From Candidatus Hydrogenedentota bacterium (GTDB lineage: Bacteria > Hydrogenedentota > Hydrogenedentia > Hydrogenedentales > CAITNO01): a stretch of DNA of 46,078 nucleotides. This document shows, in pieces, positions 1 through 7,852 of the stretch. The notes beneath the pieces were generated by a model that was not told the DNA's origin, made no database searches, and saw only the letters and a list, made by a program, of their open reading frames with translations. Location of the stretch: assembly GCA_007118765.1 (NCBI GenBank), contig SKQZ01000082.1, forward strand, positions 1 to 46,078, read 5' to 3'. Each line of letters starts with the position of its first letter. The stretch's first letter is position 1. The translations under genes and the position numbers were made by a program.

Positions 1-2
1 CG

Positions 3-668
3 GCGGCACGGGTGGAGGCGGCCATTACGCCCAAGACGAAAACCGTCATCGTCAACAGCCCGGCCAATCCCACGGGCGTGGCGTTGAGCCAGGACGAAAT
101 GCGCCAACTGGCGGCGGTGGCAAAAAAACACGGGTTGCTGGTTATCAGTGATGAGATTTACGAATCGCTTCAGTACGACACGCCGCCCGCAACAATGGCG
201 GGTCTGTATGATCAGGTGATTTGTCTGAACGGGTTCTCAAAAAATATGGCCATGACCGGTTGGCGTCTGGGTTATGCGGCGGGGCCGGAAGATGTTATCC
301 AGGCCATGAACACGTTGCAACAATATACCTTTGTGTGTGCGCCGTCTTTCGCGCAAAAAGCCGCCGTACCCGCGCTGGAGGCGGATATGACGGCCAAGGT
401 GGATGCATACCGCCACAAACGCGACCTGGTCTATAATGGTCTGAAAGACGTGTTTCCCTGTGTGAAGCCGGACGGCGCGTTTTATATCTTCCCGCAAGCG
501 CCTGACAACGACGGCGACGCGTTTGTGAAGAAGGCCATAGAGAATAACGTGCTTATCATCCCCGGCAGCGTTTTCTCGGAACAGAAAAACTGTTTCCGTA
601 TTTCCTTTGCCGCGGCCGATGATACAATTGTCCAAGGCTGTGAAGTGTTGAAACGGCTGGTCGGCTGA
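3..668 (+). CDS. Class I/II PLP-dependent aminotransferase, C-terminal part (5' end lies outside the window)
   Basis: The frame is open from the window edge. Motifs NSPANPTG and SFSKNMAMTGWRLGY (PLP-lysine context) are typical of fold-type I aspartate/aromatic aminotransferases. Stop at 666-668. Confidence 0.85.
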   Translation, partial: AARVEAAITPKTKTVIVNSPANPTGVALSQDEMRQLAAVAKKHGLLVISDEIYESLQYDTPPATMAGLYDQVICLNGFSKNMAMTGWRLGYAAGPEDVIQAMNTLQQYTFVCAPSFAQKAAVPALEADMTAKVDAYRHKRDLVYNGLKDVFPCVKPDGAFYIFPQAPDNDGDAFVKKAIENNVLIIPGSVFSEQKNCFRISFAAADDTIVQGCEVLKRLVG

Positions 669-764
669 CGGCGCGACAAATAGAGACAGAAGCGTTTCCG
701 GTTAGTCTTTCGACATCGTCTGATGATGCGCCGCCGTGTGTGACAAGATACAAGGACGCCCGTA

Positions 765-2984
765 GTGACTTTTCAAAGGCACAACCCGCCCCCGCCCGTT
801 GCCGGCGTCACAACGCCGATGACGCACTTGCTTGTGGCGCGACAAACGGCCGGAACCGTCTTTATCCTTGTCGTTGCCGCGTGTGCGCTGCTGTTTGTGC
901 ATTTGCCGTTGCCCCGCATGCAACTGTTCATCATGGGTTATGGCATCGGGTTGATGTTGTTCTTGCCCGGTGCGCGGCTCGCTGCGCGGGGGCGTGTTTT
1001 CGGGAAAGCGCTTTTGGGCGGCGGCGCGACGTTACTGTTCATGACCACTGCCACCGTGTTGTTTGACGCCACGCGCAGTATGTTGCCCTTCCGGTTCCCG
1101 CTTCATCCCTACGGCGGCGTGATATTGTGTGCGGCCATGCTGGTCTTGTTCGCCATGTTTGCATGGCGCGCCCGCAGCCAGTCCAACAGTTTGCTAACCG
1201 CTGCGCTGGGCCTGTATCTGCTGTATGCCGTTGCGCCGCTGTTGTCGCCCACCGACATTGGCGTACTGCTGTTGATTATCGCCGCGGCATTGGCCGGCTG
1301 GACATGGGCATGGGCCATGCGGCAACCGGGACGGTTATTCACCCACGGAACGCTCCTGCTGGGGTATGCCGCATTCATCTTTTACGGCGGCGACGCGGCC
1401 ACGGCAGGCGGCACGGCATCTGCCGGTACGGCGGCGGGGCTGACCTTGTTGTACGCCGGGATGACCGCGCTGGCAGTTGACCAGGGCCTGCGCGATGCCC
1501 AACGGGGACAACGGTGTCTGGCCTTAACTATCATCAACACCGTGTTGTACCCTGCGACGGGTTTTGTATTGTTTGCCGACGGGGCTGCGTGGTGGCTTTG
1601 GCTGGTTATTGGCGCTCTGTTGATAATGAACGCGCTGGCCGCACCGACACTTTATATGACGCAGGGTAAAAGCACGCTGGTCTCCCTGTTTTCGCTTGCG
1701 GCAATCATCACGTTGGTGGTGGCATTGCTGTTGCCGATGACCCCGCCGTTCCGGCTGCTGATAGTGGCGGCGGGTTGTGTTGTTGCCGCAGCGCTCTCTC
1801 ATTGGTATGACGCGCGTTTGTTGCGGCTGACGCAATATGCGCTGTTAACCGCTGCATTTGCCGTGTCATTCGCCGTGGAAGTACAGACAACGCCCGTTGG
1901 CATCGGCCCGGCGAGCATTCCCGGCTTTTGGGCGTGGCTGCTTGGCGCGGCGGGATTGCTGCTGGCGGCGGCATGGATACACAGCAACGCGCGGACGCAA
2001 AAAGAACGCAGAGGCAAAGCCCGTGCCCGTGAACAAGACCAACACGCGCTCATGTGCGCTTTTGTGGCGGCACTCACCATTGCCGTCCACACCATCATGA
2101 CACGGGGCGACAGTGAAGCGCTGCCCTTTATTCTGGCGTCACAGGGGATGGTCTTTCTTGGTCTGGGGCTGTTGCTGTTTACGCCCGCCATTGCGCTGGC
2201 CGGGCTGGCACCGGTTTTCGCGGCCCACGCGCTTTTATATGCCTTTCCGTATCTGGTTGTTTCGGGCGATTCCCTTGTCGCCGCGCCACAACCAACACAG
2301 ACGGTTATCCTCGGAATTGCCACGCTGGCCCTGGCGTTGTATGCGGACATTTTTTGGCGTGATCGGCTGGACAAAGACGCCCGGATTGCCGAAAGAATAC
2401 CGGCCATTATCCCATACTGTCCGGCTGTTGCCTTATGGCTGCTCGCCGCTCATGACATTGTGCCGGGCGTGTATCTGGCGATGCTCGCGGGAATGGCGGC
2501 ATCGGCGCTGCTGGCGCCGCGGCGGCTGTTCTCCCACGGACTGCCCGGCCTTACCATGCTCGCCTTTGTATTGGCGGCGATTTCGGTGGCCGCGTTCTAC
2601 AACGCCCTGCGCACGGGTGCGCCGCCTGCGCATGCGCTGCCGTGGTATCTGCCCTTGTTGGGGATGTATATTGTGAGTTTGGTGCTGTTTGAGCGGCTTG
2701 CCGTCTGTCATGTGTTGGCGCCGTCTTGGACGCGGTTGCCGGCATCGTACGGACTGGCCTTTGTCGCGGCGGCCGTCGGCGCAGTTGGCCTGTACCATTG
2801 GAATAGTGGCCACATCTATTTTCTCGCGCTGTTGGGCCTTGTTTTGGCACTGGTCTTTTCCGGGCGTTTCCTTCGGGCGCCTGCGTACTATTATGTGGCG
2901 GCGTTGCTGGCCTTGTTTGCGGCGGGATTTGCGCTGGTTCTTGAGGGCGGTCAAGTGGCAGCGGCGCGGGTGCTGCTGCGATGA
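765..2984 (+). CDS. Large polytopic integral membrane protein of unknown function (DUF2339-like is only a guess)
   Basis: The 739-aa ORF is almost entirely runs of hydrophobic A/L/G/V-rich segments separated by short Arg-containing loops. Start is GTG at 765; an ATG at 819 is an alternative. The stop overlaps the next gene's start (ATGA at 2981-2984). Confidence 0.65.
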   Translation: MTFQRHNPPPPVAGVTTPMTHLLVARQTAGTVFILVVAACALLFVHLPLPRMQLFIMGYGIGLMLFLPGARLAARGRVFGKALLGGGATLLFMTTATVLFDATRSMLPFRFPLHPYGGVILCAAMLVLFAMFAWRARSQSNSLLTAALGLYLLYAVAPLLSPTDIGVLLLIIAAALAGWTWAWAMRQPGRLFTHGTLLLGYAAFIFYGGDAATAGGTASAGTAAGLTLLYAGMTALAVDQGLRDAQRGQRCLALTIINTVLYPATGFVLFADGAAWWLWLVIGALLIMNALAAPTLYMTQGKSTLVSLFSLAAIITLVVALLLPMTPPFRLLIVAAGCVVAAALSHWYDARLLRLTQYALLTAAFAVSFAVEVQTTPVGIGPASIPGFWAWLLGAAGLLLAAAWIHSNARTQKERRGKARAREQDQHALMCAFVAALTIAVHTIMTRGDSEALPFILASQGMVFLGLGLLLFTPAIALAGLAPVFAAHALLYAFPYLVVSGDSLVAAPQPTQTVILGIATLALALYADIFWRDRLDKDARIAERIPAIIPYCPAVALWLLAAHDIVPGVYLAMLAGMAASALLAPRRLFSHGLPGLTMLAFVLAAISVAAFYNALRTGAPPAHALPWYLPLLGMYIVSLVLFERLAVCHVLAPSWTRLPASYGLAFVAAAVGAVGLYHWNSGHIYFLALLGLVLALVFSGRFLRAPAYYYVAALLALFAAGFALVLEGGQVAAARVLLR

Positions 2985-4333
2985 CATCAGACATGGGCGA
3001 CCACGCGGTTTCGTGGGAACAAAAGAAGCAGGCCGCAACCCTACTGTGCGCGCAACTGCGGGATGCGGGGTTTCAGGCCTTGTTCGCAGGCGGTTGTGTG
3101 CGTGATGTATTGCTGAACCGCGCACCCCAGGATATTGACATCGCCACGAACGCGCACCCGCAGGACATTATCCGGCTGTTCCCCAAGACCGTTGCCGTGG
3201 GCGCGCAATTCGGCGTTGTTATCGTCGTGTGCAACGAGGGCCTGTTTGAGATTGCCACGTTTCGGAAAGACGGCCCCTACCTTGATGGACGGCGGCCCGC
3301 ATCCGTGTCTTTTACGGACGCCGAAAACGATGCGCGGCGGCGCGATTTCACCATCAACGCCCTGTTCCTCGATCCCGTTACCGATGAGGTGTTGGATTAT
3401 GTGGACGGTCAGGCGGATTTGCGCGCCGGGATTGTGCGTGCAGTCGGCGATGCGCGGGCACGCTTCCAAGAGGACTATCTGCGTTTACTACGGGCGGTAC
3501 GGTTTGCGGCGCGGCTTGATTTTCACATTGCCCCGGACACTTTGGCCGCCATGCATGATATGGCCGACAACATACGCGCCACCAGTCAAGAACGCATTCG
3601 GGATGAGCTGCTCAAAATGCTTACCGAGGGCCGTGCACGCACGGCCTTGGAAACACTGGACGCCACGGGGTTGCTGGCGCAGATATTGCCGGAAGTCACC
3701 GCTACGCATGGCGTGGAACAGCCTTCAGGTCACCCGGAAGGCGACGTGTGGGCGCACACGCTGCTTATGCTGGCGCAACTGCCGGCCCATGTTTCGCATA
3801 CTCTTGCCTTGGCCGCATTGTTGCACGATGTGGGGAAACCGGACACCCAGACCTTTGAGGAGCGCATCCGATTCCCCCGTCATGAAAAAACAGGCGCCCA
3901 CATGAGCGACGCCATAGGCCGCCGATTGCGTCTGCCGAAAAGAACGGTGCAGCGGGTCGTTTGGCTGGTGGAAAATCACATGCGCCTGAAGGACTTCATG
4001 AACATGCGCAAGAACAGGCAGATTCGTTTTGCCCGCAAAGAAGGTTTCGGCGAGCTGCTTGCCTTGTGTCGCATGGACGCGCTGGCCAGCCACGGCGACA
4101 CCGCGTTTATTGATGCAATAGAACGGCGCGTACAGGAACTCGGCAGTGAATCATTGCGTCCGCCCCCGTTATTGACGGGTCGCGACCTGCTCGCAATGGG
4201 GTATGCGCCCGGGCCGCGGTTCAGAGAGATCCTCGGTTCCGTGGAGAGCTTGCAGCTGGAGGGACGGCTCAACGATATGGCGGACGCGAAAGAATACGTG
4301 TTGAAAACGTTCCCGCCCACGGAACAGGAATGA
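2981..4333 (+). CDS. cca: CCA-adding tRNA nucleotidyltransferase / poly(A) polymerase family with C-terminal HD domain
   Basis: Class II nucleotidyltransferase head motif GGCVRDVLLNRAPQDIDIAT, plus RRDFTINAL and EDYLRLLRAVRFAARL. The HD motif is in LLHDVGKP. Confidence 0.85.
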   Translation: MTSDMGDHAVSWEQKKQAATLLCAQLRDAGFQALFAGGCVRDVLLNRAPQDIDIATNAHPQDIIRLFPKTVAVGAQFGVVIVVCNEGLFEIATFRKDGPYLDGRRPASVSFTDAENDARRRDFTINALFLDPVTDEVLDYVDGQADLRAGIVRAVGDARARFQEDYLRLLRAVRFAARLDFHIAPDTLAAMHDMADNIRATSQERIRDELLKMLTEGRARTALETLDATGLLAQILPEVTATHGVEQPSGHPEGDVWAHTLLMLAQLPAHVSHTLALAALLHDVGKPDTQTFEERIRFPRHEKTGAHMSDAIGRRLRLPKRTVQRVVWLVENHMRLKDFMNMRKNRQIRFARKEGFGELLALCRMDALASHGDTAFIDAIERRVQELGSESLRPPPLLTGRDLLAMGYAPGPRFREILGSVESLQLEGRLNDMADAKEYVLKTFPPTEQE

Positions 4334-4336
4334 AAA

Positions 4337-5917
4337 CTAGCCGAGCGCATCCTGCATTTTGGCGTCATACCATGCGGCGATGGCAGCACGATGTGAATTG
4401 TCGCGAGGCGGCACATTGGGCCGACAGATGACGGGCGCATCGTAATCAAGATGGGTTTCCGGCCGCAATGTGCGCGGACGCCATGCTTCGGCAGCCGCCT
4501 CAAGCATTGCAACCGCATCACGACAGGCCGGGTCATCCACGCGGTTGTTCATCTCGTTCGGGTCTTCTTCCAAATCGTAAAACAACATATAGTCATGCTG
4601 TCGGGAACAGATAAGTTTGTGTGTGCGGGTGCGCGCCATCACCTGATCGCCCCGCAGGTGTTCGCAGAAGACCACGTCATGACTGGCGTCCGTTTGTGCG
4701 AGATTGTGGCCCGTCATGCCCGCCGCAGGCGCGATACCGGCTTGCGCGAGTATGGTTGGCGCAAGGTCAATGTTGTTTACAAGCGCGTGCGACACCCGGC
4801 CCCCGCTCACCGTGGCGCCCGCCGGATACTTGATGATAAGCGGCACTTTCACCACCGGGTCATACAAATGGTTGCCCTTTAACAGCAGATGATGAAACCC
4901 CATGTATTCCCCATGGTCGCCCGTAAAGATGATGAGGGTGTTGTCATATAATCCCTTGCGTTTCAACAGGTCAATCATGCGACCCACTTGGGCGTCTATG
5001 TGCTCTATTGTGGCGTAGTAATAGGCCATGATGCGGCGCAGCGCCTTTTCGTGCAAACGTTCATGGGGAAAATAGCCGCCGTGCAACGCGATATCATGAG
5101 GCAAACACGCTTCCGTCCAGCCGGGCAGCAGTTCGAGCCGGTCCGGGTCGTGGGCGTCCGCCAGATTAGGCGGCGGATCAAAAGGATGATGCGGCTTGAT
5201 GAACCCGGCCATGAGCAGATTCCCCGCGTCGGCCCAGGAATCAATCGCGTCCACCACGCGGTCGCCAATCCACGTGGTGGAGTGCCATTTTTCGGGCAGG
5301 TTGGAGGGCAGCGCGCCAAAGGTTTCCCAGTAGGCCGGACGCGCATTGCGGCGATATTCCCGGCGCTGGTCTTCCAAATCGTTGATGTCCGCCAGTCCCG
5401 CTTCCATCAATGCGCGGTGATAGTCGTCGTCCCAACGGCCCGGGCCGTCTTGTTCCGCCAGATACATCACATCAAACCCCACATCAAGATAGGTAGGCGT
5501 AAAGTGCATCTTGCCAACCGCTTGCGTAGCATAGCCCGCCTCGCGCAACAGCCGCGGAAAGGTGGGGATGTCCGGTGCCAGAGTACAGTGATTGTCCCAG
5601 CCCCGATGGTCATGTACATACAAGCCGCTCAATAATGAATACCGGGAAGGCGTACAAATGGGGTAAGGGCAAAAGCTCTGCTCATAGCGCACTCCTTCCT
5701 CCGCCAGCCGGTCAATATGGGGCGTTTTGATGTCCGGGTTGCCGTAGGCCCCCAGACACTCGATGCGCTGTTGGTCCACATGTATCAACAAGACATTGAT
5801 TTTACTGTTGTTGACCGCTGTCATTGTACTATGCTCCAATCGTGATTCCGAAACGGCCATGCCGGCGCAGGCAAGAGATGCGCCTGTCTTGACAAACTCG
5901 CGTCGACTGATTTCCAT
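4337..5917 (-). CDS. Tat-exported sulfatase (formylglycine-dependent arylsulfatase family)
   Basis: Twin-arginine signal MEISRREFVKTGASLA. Metal site LLIHVDQQR. Canonical CxPxR formylglycine motif in ICTPSRYSLLSG. Confidence 0.9.
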   Translation of the reverse strand: MEISRREFVKTGASLACAGMAVSESRLEHSTMTAVNNSKINVLLIHVDQQRIECLGAYGNPDIKTPHIDRLAEEGVRYEQSFCPYPICTPSRYSLLSGLYVHDHRGWDNHCTLAPDIPTFPRLLREAGYATQAVGKMHFTPTYLDVGFDVMYLAEQDGPGRWDDDYHRALMEAGLADINDLEDQRREYRRNARPAYWETFGALPSNLPEKWHSTTWIGDRVVDAIDSWADAGNLLMAGFIKPHHPFDPPPNLADAHDPDRLELLPGWTEACLPHDIALHGGYFPHERLHEKALRRIMAYYYATIEHIDAQVGRMIDLLKRKGLYDNTLIIFTGDHGEYMGFHHLLLKGNHLYDPVVKVPLIIKYPAGATVSGGRVSHALVNNIDLAPTILAQAGIAPAAGMTGHNLAQTDASHDVVFCEHLRGDQVMARTRTHKLICSRQHDYMLFYDLEEDPNEMNNRVDDPACRDAVAMLEAAAEAWRPRTLRPETHLDYDAPVICRPNVPPRDNSHRAAIAAWYDAKMQDALG

Positions 5918-6038
5918 GGGGTCTCCTTACGGTTTCCCCCATCATACGCGATTGACGCTGCCGGAAGCACCTTCACCGCGGCCATTATAAGGAATATATC
6001 CCAACAAGCGGGGCCTTATCCGGTTTGTTGCAGCCGAT

Positions 6039-6068
6039 TTGACCTGCAAGCAGATTCTATGTTATACT
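6039..6068 (+). promoter_or_regulatory. Candidate sigma70 promoter TTGACC-18-TATACT for the 72-aa ORF
   Basis: TTGACC at 6039-6044 and TATACT at 6063-6068. An inverted repeat ACTAAC-N7-GTTAGT (6066-6084) overlaps the -10 and the likely transcription start. Confidence 0.3.
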
Positions 6069-6169
6069 AACTCAACCAGTTAGTCGGAGAATATGCGTGG
6101 CACGGTACCATTTCTCCAGACCAGGGGCGACGTGAGAACCATCCTGTAACAGGAGAGGAGTAACTAACA

Positions 6170-6388
6170 ATGGCACGCGTTATATGGCGATACACCTTGA
6201 CAAAACACGAAGAAAAACTTTGGCAACAGGAAGAACTGCGTGGTTGGCGCAAGGCGATGGAAGGGTTTGTTGAAGATGAGGCACGCGAACAGGGGTGCAC
6301 CAAATACGCCATCTATCGACGCGATGCCACGTTAATCGTGAAAGACGCCGTTACGCCGCTCCCGGACACGGTGGAAGCGGGCGCTTAA
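6170..6388 (+). CDS. Small hypothetical protein (72 aa)
   Basis: A strong SD (GGAGAGGAG) lies 9-12 nt upstream of the ATG. The product is charged and soluble-looking, and I recognise no family. Its stop codon TAA is the first 3 nt of the dispersed repeat. Confidence 0.5.
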   Translation: MARVIWRYTLTKHEEKLWQQEELRGWRKAMEGFVEDEAREQGCTKYAIYRRDATLIVKDAVTPLPDTVEAGA

Positions 6389-6483
6389 CCCGCATATTTC
6401 ACCCCGCCGTGGCGGGGTTGCGCCTGCGAATCTTACACCATATCAGGCACTTTGCTTGCCCGCCGACTTCGAAGTGTAATACC
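6386..6483. repeat. Dispersed intergenic repeat, copy 1
   Basis: By manual alignment to 26868-26960, the 5' block TAACCCGCATATTTCAC is 17/17 identical and the 67-nt core GTTGCGCCTGCGAATCTTACACCATATCAGGC... matches at 63/67. The segment between the two blocks differs (14 nt here, 9 nt in copy 2). Confidence 0.85.
6402..6417. terminator. GC hairpin CCCCGCC/GGCGGGG between convergent genes (possible bidirectional terminator)
   Basis: A perfect 7-nt inverted repeat with a very short loop sits inside the variable segment of repeat copy 1. No convincing U-tract follows on either strand. Confidence 0.25.
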
Positions 6484-6506
6484 GTCACGGAAGCAGCAAT
6501 ACAGGT

Positions 6507-7634
6507 TCATAATAACGCCATGTTATCCCGGTGAATCACCTCGTCGAAATCTTTGCGACCGAGCACCGTGGCGATCTCCGCGGATTGTCGGCCTTTAATG
6601 GCGTCCACCGCATCACTGCCGTAATTTGTCAGGCCGCGGGCAATCACGCGCCCGCCCGTATCCACCACGCGGACTGCCGCACCGGCTTCAAAGACGCCCT
6701 CCACGCGCACAATGCCCGCAGGCAACAGACTTGTTCCCTTGTTGACAAGGGCCTTGCGTGCCCCGTCATCCACGTGTAATGCGCCGGTCGTGGTGCGTCC
6801 GAAAGCAATCCACCGTTTCCGATGGGACATCGCCGATTTTGACGGGAAGAAACGTGTACAACAGGCTTCCCCGCTGAGTATGCGATGGATGGCCTGTTCC
6901 TGATGTCCCGATGCAATGACACAATCCACGCCCGCCGCGGTCGCAATACGCGCGGCCTCTACTTTTGTGCGCATGCCGCCTGTGGATGTGATGCTGCCCG
7001 CGTCCCCCGCCGCCATCTCAATTTCCGGCGTAATCTCCCGCACATCAGCAATTAGCTTGGCTTCCGCTTCATGCAAAGGGTTCTTGTCGTACAGCCCGTC
7101 CACGTCGGTCAAGATAATCAGCAGGTTCGCGTTGATTTTGGCCGCTATTTTGGCGGCCAGCGTGTCGTTATCGCCAAAGCGCAATTCTTCGGTGGCCGTG
7201 GAATCGTTTTCATTCACAATCGGGATCACATTGCCCATGTTAAACAGCGTGGCGAGGGTATTTCGGATGTTAAGATAGTTCTGACGCGCATCCAGGTCTG
7301 ACTGGGTAAGCAATACCTGTGCGGTGGTGAGGCCGTTGCCATAGGTGCGAAACAACACTTCATAATAGTGCATCAGCCGCGCCTGACCCACCGCCGCCAC
7401 CGCCTGTTTCTCCGGCAGCAACGCCGGACGGTGTTTAAGGGAAAGTGCTTCCATGCCGCAGCCCACCGCGCCCGAACTCACTATCAGGATGTCCATGCGC
7501 TGCTCCTGTTTGAGTGCGCAGACCTCTTTTACCATCCGTTCCAGGGCCTCCCCCTCAAACACATGTTTGCCCGTGAGCAAGTTTGTGCCCAGTTTGATGA
7601 CGAGTCGTTGTATTGGATTGCTGTCGTTCTTCAT
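6507..7634 (-). CDS. proB: Glutamate 5-kinase with C-terminal PUA domain
   Basis: The N-terminus MKNDSNPIQRLVIKLGTNLLT, plus IVSSGAVGCG and the PUA-like C-terminus, are typical of ProB. I trimmed the ORF-track start (7886) to ATG 7634, which has GGGAG upstream. Confidence 0.9.
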   Translation of the reverse strand: MKNDSNPIQRLVIKLGTNLLTGKHVFEGEALERMVKEVCALKQEQRMDILIVSSGAVGCGMEALSLKHRPALLPEKQAVAAVGQARLMHYYEVLFRTYGNGLTTAQVLLTQSDLDARQNYLNIRNTLATLFNMGNVIPIVNENDSTATEELRFGDNDTLAAKIAAKINANLLIILTDVDGLYDKNPLHEAEAKLIADVREITPEIEMAAGDAGSITSTGGMRTKVEAARIATAAGVDCVIASGHQEQAIHRILSGEACCTRFFPSKSAMSHRKRWIAFGRTTTGALHVDDGARKALVNKGTSLLPAGIVRVEGVFEAGAAVRVVDTGGRVIARGLTNYGSDAVDAIKGRQSAEIATVLGRKDFDEVIHRDNMALL

Positions 7635-7685
7635 ACACACTCCCGGAAAGGCTGTAAGGCTGTTGGCGCTGGAAAAGATGCTGCT

Positions 7686-7713
7686 ATTATAAGCCATATA
7701 CGCCGTATACCAA
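7686..7713 (-). promoter_or_regulatory. Candidate sigma70 promoter TTGGTA-16-TATAAT for proB
   Basis: Read on the minus strand, TTGGTA is at 7713-7708 and TATAAT at 7691-7686. This is about 50 nt upstream of the proB ATG. Confidence 0.35.
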
Positions 7714-7852
7714 AAACGCCGACAGACCGCGGCGCAAGGGTAACGGGCGCAGGAAAGGAGAGGCGCATGTTCCCGCGTGATGTGGCATCCTCCAGCAACG
7801 AGCGCAACCGCCCCAATGTCATGGCCCTTATCGTGATGTAAGCGAAAGCAGA

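Noticed and set aside
6098-6114. Sigma-54-like TGGCAC motif
   Set aside because: The -12 element is absent: TGGCAC-N5 is followed by CATTT, not TTGC(A/T).
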